A stretch of 64,000 nucleotides of DNA, taken from the NCBI GenBank assembly GCA_965112155.1, contig OZ218107.1; one strand, 5' to 3'. Made by a program: the position numbers and the translations under genes. Shown one piece after another: positions 1 through 12,200 of this stretch; positions within the stretch are counted from its first letter, which is position 1; every line of letters begins with the position of its first letter. This stretch comes from Podarcis liolepis (Eukaryota). Under the pieces are notes generated by a model. The model made no database searches. It was not told the origin of the DNA and worked only from the letters and a program-made list of their open reading frames with translations.

Positions 1-510
1 GGAGCCAGTGTTTGTCCACAGACAGCTTTCCGGGTCATGTGGCCAGCTTGACTAAACTGCTTCTGGCGCAACGGAACACTGTGACGGAAGCTAGAGCACG
101 CGGAAATGCCGTTTACTTAATTTTATTATATTATTATTTTTTAATTTCTATACCGCTTTATATTTTTAATAAAAACCTCAAAGCGGTTTACAGCATACTA
201 TATCAATAAATCAATAAAACAATAGTCGGGTGATGTTCCTCTGGCCTCATGAGGAGCCTCTTTTGTGGGGCTGGTAGGTGTGGGCCCCGCTCCCTAGGCC
301 AGGTGGAAAGGGCCTTGCAGGGAGCGGCCTTCCCGCCGCAGTGGTACCTGTTTATCTACTTGCACTGGTGTGCTTTCGAACTGCTAGGTTGGCAGAAGCT
401 GGGAAATAGCAACGGGAGTTCACCCCTTTGCATGGATTCGAACTTCTGACCTTTCGATCAGCAAGCCCAAGAGGCTCAGTGGTTTAAACCACAGTGCCAC
501 CCACGTCCCT
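1..510 (-). mobile_element. Sauria SINE, truncated by the window edge and interrupted by a ~210-bp insert at ~118-328
   Basis: Shares diagnostic blocks (gggtcatgtggccagc, ggtacct.tttatctacttgcact, gctttcgaactgctagg, gattcgaac) with the copy at 44491. Confidence 0.9.
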
Positions 511-2309
511 TACTCCTTCATAGTATCTCTGTATGGTGAAGAGTAAAAAGCAGTGTGATTTGTCCTGAACTCTGAAATATGAGAGGAACTCATTTTTGTT
601 TAACCGAAGCAAAATGGTTGCTTAATGGGGTAAAACCTATTTATCTGGTTCACAAACAGTATATACTGCTTGATTGTATTTTTTTTAAAAAAAAAAACAA
701 CAACCCTCAAAGCGTATGAGTATGAGCTATGGGAGTCAAAGCAGTGTGCTTTGCAGCTGAGCAATCCTGAGACATTAAGTTTGGCATTGTCTCTTTTCTG
801 TTCAAACATTTATCTGCGAAATGATTTGGCCTGAAAATAGAAGCTGCATATTGCTACAGGCCTCCCGGTCTCTCAGCTTATTGTGGGAGCTGCCGCATGC
901 CATGCTGGAGTTGTTATGAAGAGTCAGTTTACTGTTTGGCAAAGGAGATGTAAATGTCCTCCTGGAATTTCCCTTTGCCACTTGGTTGCTAAGTGATCAT
1001 CTTTATGGGCATAGGAATTCTGCTCTCCACCTTCATGATAGGGTAGTGGAGCTCCTAGAAATGGGATATCGTGAATATGTGACATATATACAAAGTACTT
1101 CCTTTCACATAGCATATGGGATGCCTTCTTGGAATGACTGCTTAACATTATTGCCACAAAGTACCTCTGTGATTTGGTACTCTGATTCATTGCCCAATTA
1201 ACACATGACAGCCTCTCATTCTTACCTTTCTGTTTGTCTTGATAAACTGGAAAGCTTGATTTTCAGTAATTCCAAAGAAGCCCAAGGCTGTAACAGGGCT
1301 ACCTTAATTAGTAGCCTTTCCAGTAGTTTATCCAAAGGGGTGATATCGTTTATTGGTAATATTATCTTCCTTAAAGCTAGTTCCTGTTTTTATCAGTAAT
1401 ATTTTTTCATTAATTACAGTAATAAATTTAATTGCTCATTTATGAAGCATTGCTGACTTTGATCTGTGATAGTGTGAAAAATTTAACATCTAATATTTCA
1501 GCAGTTATTTGTATTGAAAATGCAGTGGAAGCTATGCTGCATACTATAGCCACAATGTAGGAGTTTTGTCAGAAATAATTACTTTTTGACTTTCCCACAT
1601 TTACTCGCATTGTTACTGCTTCCATTATAACAGTTTGAATGGATTTGTGGGGTACGACTCCAAAGACACCATGTTTAATCATGTATTTAACTTGTTTGCA
1701 GCACTCAAATCAAGCTTGCGCATTGTAGTTTCTTGGGTCATTTTGAAGCCCATAAGGGACTGGCTTTAAATAAACTATAGTAGTGAGAAAAACAAGCAGC
1801 CATGTCTTCTTTACTCAAATTATTTGACCACTAGGGCAGCTTATTTCTGAATTATCTGTAACAGGTTGGCCCAACTTTTCATACCAAGTGGACTGCAAGA
1901 GTACTTTGATACAGAATTTGTGATTTTTAAGGAAAGGGGAGTAACATTATTGCCAGGTAACAGAGAAGGTTATATTATGGTAACTTTCCTTTGTGTGAGA
2001 CTGTTGGATATCATTTTTAGATTTCTGTTTTTCGTATGTGTTGTTTAAAAGCTCAGTAAAAAACATTTTAAAAATGGAAGATTGTGAATAGAGAAGCAAC
2101 TTTTGTTTGAAAACTACTCTGAGTAAATGAGCTTATATGTCTCATCTGAGCGAATGAGAAACATTGTAATTATGCAGACTTCCGTAGTACTAAATGGAGA
2201 AGATGACCATGCAAGTTTCATAAATGTGGTAAGCCATGGGATTCACAGTAAATACATATTGCTACATATTTCAACCTCTGGTTGACAAAAGGTGTTTTTA
2301 CTATGGTGT

Positions 2310-2653
2310 TAGGAATTTGCCTAATGGTTAGGTATGGGCTGAATAGGGAAAGAATTCAAATATCTGTTCCTCTGCTTCTGAAGATACAATATGACAATTT
2401 GCATTTTCATGTTTTGGGACTGAATGATTATGCAGGTTAATTATAAACAGTATATAGAAATAACAGGGTTACACAAGAAGCAGAATATATAGCAAATATA
2501 TAGGAATTTGCCTAATGGTTAGGTATGGGCTGAATAGGGAAATAATTCAAATATCTGTTCCTCTGCTTCTGAAGATACAATATGACAATTTGCATTTTCA
2601 TGTTTTGGGACTGAATGATTATGCAGGTTAATTATAAACAGTATATAGAAATA
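2310..2653. repeat. 153-bp direct duplication (2310-2462 and 2501-2653) with a 38-bp spacer
   Basis: The copies are identical except for one substitution (aagaattc vs aataattc). Confidence 0.95.
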
Positions 2654-5434
2654 GGTGGCAGTTGCATGTTGAAAGCGTTGGAGGTGTTACTTCATTTTCT
2701 TCTCACTTAAGCCTTAATTGCTGAATGAGGAAAATACTTGTAAATGCCCATCTGTTGGATGAGTGAGTGTAGTATCCCCCCCCCATTTATAAATTTGAAT
2801 TTTACATTTCTAAGTGAAGTTAAGCATAAATATATTTGGCTAAGAGAACATGCATCATTGTTTAGAACTGTCTTTTTTTAAAAAGAATATACAGCCAACA
2901 TTTTTGCCTGCAGAATCTTCTCTCTGTAATTGATTGGAGAAGAAATATGTGTTACATGACCCAGCAGTGACTATTTTGAAGTCCTTTGCTGGGGATGGTG
3001 GAGACTTTGTTTGACCCACATTTTAAGCAAACTGACTTAAATCACAGCCCCTGGACTAATACACTGATTGGAATATAAGTATCTGCAGGTTTTGCACTTC
3101 TTGAAATTTTGTGATACAGTTCTCAGCTTTATAAAGTGTAAACATATTTTATAAATGCATATTTTAGGATAAAATATGTTTAGAATGCATACATTGAGAT
3201 TAAATACATTTTAAAACACATATTTTGGTATAGATTTTGTTGTTTAAATGTGCGGCTGGAATAAACCAATGAATCCCTACCCTTTGCTGTCCCCAAATGT
3301 GTAAGTCCTGTGTTCTAAGCAAATGACTAAACTTAAAACTTTGAAATAACATGAAATTTGGCCGTTCTATTTTAGTATGTATATATTAATTCAAATTTCA
3401 TTTTGGTGGCCATGTAGATTTGGTATATTCCAGAAGGCAATATCAAATTCACCCCCCCCCCCTTCTTCTTTTACATAGATAACCTATGGGGGTAGATCCT
3501 GTGGTTGAACTGTGGTGGAGTTGCAGCAAAATGCATGGATGCATGAACTTGTAGCCTTACACATTGCTGGGTGGGGTGGGGGAATTGCTAACATTACCAT
3601 GGCTTCCACTGCTGTTCGGAACAAAATAATCAGGGCTTTGCCTGTTCTGTGCAGTAAGTATGAGGCCTTACCCCTAAAAGTTAAATTCAGCTGAAGTTTT
3701 CTTTAGGCCCAGTGCAGACATTAGTATCTTCATCTGATAATGATAGTGTTCACATATTTTTCCTAACGCTTCCCTCTCCCTTTGTGTGTCCTCCATTGAT
3801 GGAATCTTCCTGGTTTCTTTAATCCACAGTTTTCTAGGAAGTTTGAACCAAAAAAAAACCAAAAAAACAACTCATTTCAAACCAGGATCTGAATCTACTT
3901 TCAGGTCTTGATTTGGGGGAAGCCTTAAAACTACTGTTTCATGGTTCAGACAACACAAGAAACTGTGGCTTCACAAACCAGGTATCTTAATCAATGTTGA
4001 GTGTATGATGGGAGGTGGGAAGGAATAACTAGAAAGGTACAAGGCTTGTTCCTGAATTGATAAACAGTGGTTCATTGGAGTGGGATCTTTATACTGCAAC
4101 TGGACCTCGATCTGCAATGCTATGTGCACTGGCACCTCGGAAGTAAATTACTTCAGAGTAAATATACATATGATTGGGTTGTTAGTTGCGTAGATTTTTA
4201 TTGATTTGTTTTTGTCCTGGCATTGCTCAAATACATTGATGCAAACAAGCTTTTGATATCTGTCTCTATTTAGAAGTTTGTGTGTTATTAGAGAGAATGA
4301 AAGAAACATTTCCTGCTGGGATGTTTCTTTCACCATCTTGCTGCTTTGATCTTAAGGATTTAAAGAATCTTATTTCTGTTATGGCACTTCTGTTGTTGCT
4401 AACATCAATAACAAAATTATTTTGGCTTCTTTTATAGGGGAAGGGTGGATTTATAAACTTTTTCCAGCACTAGTCACTGTCAGTAGTTCTTGTACAACGG
4501 CGAAAAATTTCTGTGTGTTGTGCTTTCAGAGCTATTGGATAGTACTGTTTATATTCAATACAGAGAATTTAGTGGAAACCACAATTTCTGCAAGCAGTTC
4601 ACATCATGGCTCAGATACTGTAGACCAGTTGTTGAGGATGGCATATACAGGATTGTGGGAATTTAATTGGCATTGATAATGATGATGAAATGGTACTTCG
4701 AAACTTCTTAAACAGAAGTGATTTATATGCAAATTGGTTACAGTAGATATGGGAATCCTTTTTCAGCCTGGGGGCCACATGCCTGTTTTAGACGCACCCA
4801 ATGCAAAAAGTCGATGGGGTCATTCCCTCTCTTGTGCACACACATGCATTCATACAACCCCCCCCCCAGCACCCATTCACCCCTCCTCTCTTTCACTTAC
4901 CACACCACATGGAGCTTTAGCTTTTTAAAAAAACCATAATTGCTGGAGGGCTGTGTTATTTTCATGGAGGTTGCATCAGATGAAGAAGGGTTGACCTTTC
5001 CTTCCTCAGTTGTAACCCCCAACTTCCCAGTGCACCAATTATGGTTAAAACAGCTTTCTATGTTTCCCCCCATTTTTGCTCCTATAACATCTTGAGGAGA
5101 GGTCCTTTCATGATTTCCCAAAAGCTAATAACATCAACTACAATAGTGGTTTTCAAACTTTTTTCTCTGGGCCACGCTTTCAGAAAAAAAAATTTGCTCG
5201 TGCAACACCAAGTTTTTTATGGATAAGAAATACATTGGAAAGCAAAAAGAAACAGCTCCTAACAGTGCTTGATTTATAACACTGGACACAATTACTTTGT
5301 AATATCCTGGGACACCTAGAAAGTATAAAGCATGAATCATTCCCAAAATATAATTATAAATGAGCCTCTTACATATGTACCTTAAGTATTTATACAAACT
5401 CAATGAGAGATGTGAGCTTGTAGCATCACTTGGT

Positions 5435-5634
5435 TAGGGTTGCCATATTTCAAAAAGTTAAAATCCAGACACAAAAATTGCTGAGGTTTTTTTGAGTTAT
5501 TTTTTAGGAAATTCACCCCCCCCCAAAAAAGGGCTGCCACGTGCCCAGATTTTCCTGGACATTTTAATCGCTTTCTGAGAAATCTGCCCGGACGCACTTT
5601 TCGGAGGATGAATCCCAAATGTATGGCAGCCCTG
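5435..5634. mobile_element. Non-autonomous hAT-type MITE (200 bp)
   Basis: TIRs TAGGGTTGCCATA / TATGGCAGCCCTG; 8-bp TSD cacttggt / cacttgat. Confidence 0.85.
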
Positions 5635-6135
5635 CACTTGATGTTCTTGCTCTCATTTTGATACTATATGCTATATTAAATATTTCTTTGATTGTCCTTC
5701 AATTTTCCCGCCACACTTGCCATCCCCTCCTGCCACACCATTGTGGCTTGCCACACTCTTTGACAACCACTGAACTGCAAAGAATTCTGAAATCAATTCT
5801 AATTGGTTCATTGTATCATCAGCTTATTGTCATCAACTTACTGATTTAAATTGAGAGTCAAATAATCTTCACATAGCCTATTACTGAATAGCGATCTGTA
5901 TCCAGTTAGCTATTGTGTAAATACTTTGGAGAACAAAATTTGCTCACCTATCTACCTTTTCTTTATTTTCTAACAAAGTCAGCAGTATATCATCTACAAA
6001 TACTGCTTTCTTATTTATTTTTAGAAATAAATTGTATTGGTGGTGAACAATATGTCAAAGGTAATTCGTTCAGTTGCAATATGTTACCTATATTCACAGT
6101 TAATTTTAGGTGTTTTTTTTCTTGATAGATACAGA

Positions 6136-6150
6136 ATGGAAGGACTTTAA
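6136..6150 (+). promoter_or_regulatory. Upstream ORF MEGL* in the 5'UTR
   Basis: agaATGGAAGGACTTTAA, ends 24 nt before the main ATG. Confidence 0.6.
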
Positions 6151-6174
6151 GTGAAAGACAAGTTCTGCTTCATT

Positions 6175-6216
6175 ATGGAGACAACTAGCTTTGAAGGGGA
6201 GCCGGATAGAACTTCG
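6175..6216 (+). CDS. OSBPL8: Coding exon 1 (exon begins ~6129 in 5'UTR): [14 protein letters not shown]
   Basis: Acceptor ttttcttgatag at 6128 and donor TCG|gtaagt. Resembles recalled human MEGGLADGEPDRTS. Confidence 0.9.
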
Positions 6217-9200
6217 GTAAGTAATTTTGTACATTGTGACTGGCAATGGTTAAATCTTAAACAAAGGGCATTTCCTCAGACAGCCATCTAGCTTCACAAC
6301 CAACTAATACTGCAATCCTAAACATGTCTACTCAGAAGTAATTCCATTGAGTTCAGGAGGACTTAATCACAGGTAAGTGGTAATAGGAGTGCCCCTTCGC
6401 TTTTACAATAAACATCAACAATTTTCCCCACTGGGAAGGTGTGTAAAAGAGAGTTACTTGAGGTTTGAGCACATATCGTCAGAAGAATTCCCTATCCTCA
6501 AAAAAGAAAAAAAAGGGAGATGCTTTGATGGTTTTGTTCTTTTGGTAGCACCTAATTTAAACCACAAGAGCAGTTGAATTTTAGTAGAAAGTGTAGAGTA
6601 GAGCCTTGCAGTGTTTCATAACTTGCGTGTCTACAATGTAAAAACTTCCCAACAAATTGAATATCAAATATACTTTTTATAAACTCTTGCAGTTTGCTTG
6701 CTTTTTCCCTTTTCACACTTCTGATTTCATTTAAACCAGCCGCTACCAACCTGGTGCCCTCCAGATCTCTTGGGCTAAAACTCTCATCAGCATGGCTGGG
6801 CTGGCAGGAGCTGTAGTCCCAAACTTCTGGAGGGCCCCAGGTTGGTGACAGCTGGTTTAAACTGGTCCAGTAGAAAACTCATGTTGAACCTGGTAGGAAA
6901 TAAGAAATAACAGGGTTACACAAGAAGCAGAATATATAGCAACTGCAACAGGAAATGGTAGTGGTAGATAAAGAATTGTGAAAGCAACCGCCTTCCATCA
7001 TGTGGTAGTTTGCAAAGATTTGGAATATTGTTAGAACAGAAAAAGCATAGAAGAAGCATAGAAGATTTCAGTGTTAAACAAAATGCCATTCTGAAAATGG
7101 GGCTGCTTTTCCTGAACTATGTGGAAGGTAAGAGTGTGAGATAACACAACCAAATTGGAATATACTTCTTAATTTCAAGCTTCAATTTAATGATATTGTG
7201 GCCAGGACAAAAAAAATCAAAGTTAAATAGATGCCATTGACTAGTGAAATTATTCATTTTTCCTGTCTCTAATGGATGTGCCTGTATTCTAGGCTCACCA
7301 GAATCAGCTTGAGATTTAGAAAAAAGTTTAAATGAACAAGTGAAAGAAATAACTAAATCTCTAATTAGGTAAGCAACATGATAGAAAATGTTGAATCTCA
7401 GTTTTTGAAAAAGTCCTTTTCTTCTATATAAATTGTTATATTCAACAAGTAAACTGCTACATTGTAAGAGTTTGAAAAACTAAATTCTAGCTTATTTCCT
7501 ACATAATATGAACTGTGATTTTTATATGTCAAATTGTATAGCTCTTTTAATTAGTTTGAGGCAGTACAGTATATATAGGGATTTTTTCCACGAGTACAAT
7601 ATAGCAGTAGCAGATCTCAGTAGACTTGTGTGTTAGCCTGTTGCTTAGGAGCTCCTTGAAAGTAATTAGCTATGCAGTGCTGAAATATTTACATACTGGC
7701 CATTACAATAATCTTGGACGATCAGCTTTTATCTGCTTCACTCAGCTTTCCCATTTCAGTGCTTCTCTTGTTGGCATTTGCTCAGTTGTACAGGCTTGTG
7801 GAGGTCTTAGTGGCTAGACTATCCTCTGCTCTATTTTATCATGTAAGTACTGATAATATAGTTGCTCCATTGTAAGACTCATCTGAGTCATTTATACTTA
7901 AGATGCTATTTCTGTCTTTCTCCTCTTTCCTTCAAAGCGTTGCATGAGAGATGACATGTAGTTTTCACAATGAGCTTGGAAGACATTCATTTAGCAAGTG
8001 ATTATTCTAGTTGATTTGGAACACTTGATCTATTGTTTCATGACAGTTTGACTTACCATTATTATTATTATTTAAATCTATAACTGTAAAATAAAAGTCC
8101 GTTAAAATGTGTAGCATTGCTCTCAGATGTGTTATGCTAACTTCAAACAGTCCCAAAGTGCCTCCATAACATTATCAACGCAAACATATTCCATAATCTT
8201 GAACATTGTTTAATTATGTTACCGCCAATGCAAGGCAAAAGTTCTCTTGTAGCGAGTTGTTTTTCAAACTTTTCAGTTACTGAACTTGCTTATAACCTTT
8301 TATCTGCAATACGGGACACGGTCCTGATTGTTATTTTTATTTTTGACTGTGTGCAGATCTTCCTACTTTTCTTAGCAAAAGTGGTGCTAGTTTAACCCAC
8401 TTCAGAGTGGGTCATGATCCACTCCCCATGTTTTTCAAACTAAGAACCACATAGCTCAGGAGTAACCAGTGTGGTTTCCTTTAGATGTTGAACCACAACT
8501 CCCCACTCCCCCAAGCCCTCACCAACAACTGGAAGGCTACCCCTGATCTAGCTCACTATTGTCTGCACTGACTGACAATAGCTTTCTAGGATTCCAGACA
8601 GAGATGTTTCTCATCCCTCTCTGGAGGTTTTAGGGATTGATCCTGAGACCAAAGCACACAGTCTGCCACTGAGCTATCCTAGCCCCCCACCCCACCCCAC
8701 CAACTTGATTTAATATGGTACATTTTCTTTTCCTTTAGTAGAGATAACAGACAGGAATCTTTAAACAGAGAAGGAAGTATTTTAATAGATTCGAGGTAAG
8801 GTTTTTAGTTAACACCATAGTTTAAGCATAATGAATTTCAGATGCATACTGAATATTATTATTATTATTATAGTAATTAACATTCATGTCATAGTGATGT
8901 TCATTGGTTGCTTCAAAGAACATGTAAATATTCAGTCATGCAACTATTTAGACAGTTGCTTATTAAGGTAGGTACGAATCAAGTTTAGACTACATAGCAG
9001 ATCTTTCACTTTTAACAAAAGAACGCCTCCAAAAGGATACTATTTTAAAAATCATACATTTCTGATTTTATCATGATTTTTTTTCTTTCTCCACTAAAGT
9101 GCTGAATGACAAAGAACTGTTAGACACATGTGTTTCTGGCTTTCCCATATCTGTAAGGGCCATAAGAGACATGGGTGATGGTCTGTGTTTCTTTTTATAT

Positions 9201-12200
9201 TAAAAGTAACCATGGAAGAAAGACTACACTACCCTCCCTTCAGAATGTATTGTTCAAAATCTCCCACAGCTAATTTTCTTCCTTAAGGAAGAACTCCCCC
9301 TACCCCTGTACTCATCTCTACTCCCCCTCCCAGTGGAAAAGCAGCTGGGGGAGACATGTTTGATCAAGGGGAGGAGAGGCGAAAATGAAGGCCAAGCAGC
9401 TCTTCCTCTGCTTAGACTGACAGCCTTTTACAGCAACTCTTGCTAACAGTTTTGATGTACTATTAGTAGTGGTTTGTGCCTGTCAGGTTTTAAATAATTT
9501 AAATGCATGGTGCAATTTTAAAACAATGCTTAATAATAACAAAGAATATTGTATAATTGTATCAGTATGTAATTTTATATCATTTAAGTGTGAACCCAAA
9601 GATTGTAGAATATCCCGTCTATGAGAGGAGTTCTATTCAGAGCTCTAGCTGAATGGAAATGGGAATCTTCTCATGATGTTCAGTTGCATTCTTCATCATG
9701 CTAAGACAACATGCCGGTTTAGAGGTATACCCAGGAGAGGTTGTGTAGCAACAAATGGAAATGGGAGTTGCACAGAAAGGACATTTGGTGGTGGTGGTGG
9801 TGGTGGTGGTACTGCTGCTTGGAGCAGTTGCCTCACTTTGCCTAATGTTGACTTGTCTCACTGTAGTTGAAGGAAGGGAGTATTTTTTAACCTTCATATT
9901 ATTCATCAAACGTTTTTCTCACCCACTTCCCCAAGGCTGCCTATGGACTACTCCCCCACTTCACCCCCCATTTTTTGGGTTACCCTGTTTTGCTTCCAAA
10001 CTGATATTCGTTCAGCTACCACAGTTTGCTATTGGAAGAAACTATTATGCTTAGTTGAAATCCATATTTTTAATAATATACTTGACAATATTGTATGCAT
10101 CTCCCTCATTAGAACAAGATTCCATTCTAACTCACTATATTTGATGTAGTATTATACAGTGTAATTTAGTTAGCTGTTGTCAACTGAAGGTAAAGACTTG
10201 ATTTTAAGTTCTGCAGCTACTTTCTACTATTAATAGATTGAATGAAAGTTAAACTTCCTTTATTGTAAAAGGCATCCCTTTTACAGTGGAAGTTGGTGTG
10301 TTATGTGATTGGATAAATGAAAAATAATTTTGAAAAGTATTTGTACTTCTGGAGAAATTAGTCATTCATTAACTGTAGCAAAGCTAATAATGGCCTGTTG
10401 CTAAGCGCACTTGTTTTGTTTTCTCTTGTTTTTTTTGGTGCTGTGTTGTTCTTAAGAAAATTAATCAGGAATGATGTGCATTTTTTATTTTTAGTTTCAA
10501 ACTAACATGCTGTTTCCCTTTCTCTCTCTTGCCTTTAATTGTGGCTGCCTCCTCTGCTATATTCTCCCTCTCCATTTTTGGCCTTGCTGCTTTTGTCTGC
10601 TGTTCTGCGTACTCAATTGCGCGTCACCTCAAGCATCATGATGAGATCAAAGACTGCCAGGGATCCTCAGGTAAGTAAATGATTTCTGCTACAACATGTG
10701 AAGAGCTATATTATCATATTCCCAGATCGTGACATGATTAGGTTCTTCCACGAGACACTGTCAAGTGCCGAGCTTTTAATGAATGATCAGACACAAAGTA
10801 GCAGAGGGAGGTGGAATAGCTGAACTACAGAAACTGTTCATTTGTGTGCAAGCACATGTGTGTGTACATGCGCACAAGCTTAAGTCTGCTGTGCCTTAAG
10901 AAAATAAACAAGAATGTGAAAATAGATGGGGCCTTAGGTTTTGTTTAAAGTTGGAAAACTAAATTTAAATCATTCTCAAAATGGAACACATATATATGGC
11001 TCTGTTGATTAGAGTATAATTTAGTCTGTACTATAGTGACTAGTAACCTTGTTCTGTTGGCGATAATCTCCCTGTTTTAATAGCAAAGTGGAAGCTAGTA
11101 GCCATCCATGTGATAGTAAACAGGTAAAAGATCTTGCAAATAGATAAAGCACAGAATTGTGTTGTTACATATTGACTTGCTGTCTTAAATATCTTTAGCT
11201 ATATTTGATTAGCTATTTTTTATTTAATTATTTAAATTTACTAAGGTTCTCTTGTGGGGTTATATCTCAGTATTCTGATTTTATTACAGCAGTGCTGTTG
11301 CTTGATGAAGGAAATCTTGTTCAATTAATCATCTGAGTTTTGCTTTAAATCTGCATAAGTTTGCATGTGAATAATGCAATAGTTCTGAAGAAAATTTCAT
11401 TGGCCTAGTTCACATGACCCAGTAAGCCGAACTATGGCTGTGGGTCACAGATGCTTTGCTTCTTCCAGCCTTTTTTATTCACATGTTTAGCATGCCACCG
11501 AAACCCAAGTGTGTGGTGAAGTTCTCTCCTAACTAGCCATGAGCTGTAGCCAGGGTTTATTCTTGTCTACAACTCAAAATTAACAAGATGAGAGCTTAAC
11601 TGTGAGCCCAGGTTTGAACACCACACTTTGCCAAACCGTGGATTAGCTCAGTGCAGTGTGGGAATAAAGAAGGACGAGAGAGAGAAGCAAAGAGGGATGA
11701 GCTCCTCTCCAGGAGCCTATGCAGTCCTGGTAAGCTCTAATTGGCTTACTGTGTAATGCAAAGAATCATGGCATTTTGGGGGGGCTAAACAGTGTGTTAC
11801 TTGATTTAAGCTTTTTTAAAAGTGTCCATAATGCTGCTGCTCCTATTTTGAAGAGAAAGCAGCTGAGAGGCCTTGATTCAGTAGCGTGTTCCTAATCCAG
11901 CCAGGGGTTCTTGCTAGAACCCAATATTGGAGAGATAAATGAAAAATATATAGGCAGCTATCAAATGTTTCTCTTGGGGCTATAAATAAGCAATATTTAG
12001 CACTACTCCTGTTGGAATACAATTAAAAGGAACTGCCTGCTAAAGTCTTCTCAGATAGCTGACACCATTCTGTTGAAGAGCTCTTCTCTTAACTAATTGT
12101 AACACACTACTATAGTGAGCAAGGTTGGCAAGCTCCTTTTTGTACTGGAAAAGTCTTGAGACATCATATGTAGAGAGTGAGATCCAAAGTTCCACACAAC

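Noticed and set aside
2310-2653. Repeat-spacer-repeat read as a CRISPR-like array
   Set aside because: The context is eukaryotic and there are only two 153-bp units. A duplication with a templated insertion explains it.
1-6128. OSBPL8 main promoter or first exon
   Set aside because: There is no CpG island or convincing first exon, so the window appears to start inside the first intron.
9755-10054. ORF with an apparent transmembrane poly-Val stretch
   Set aside because: The hydrophobic run is only the (GGT)n microsatellite.
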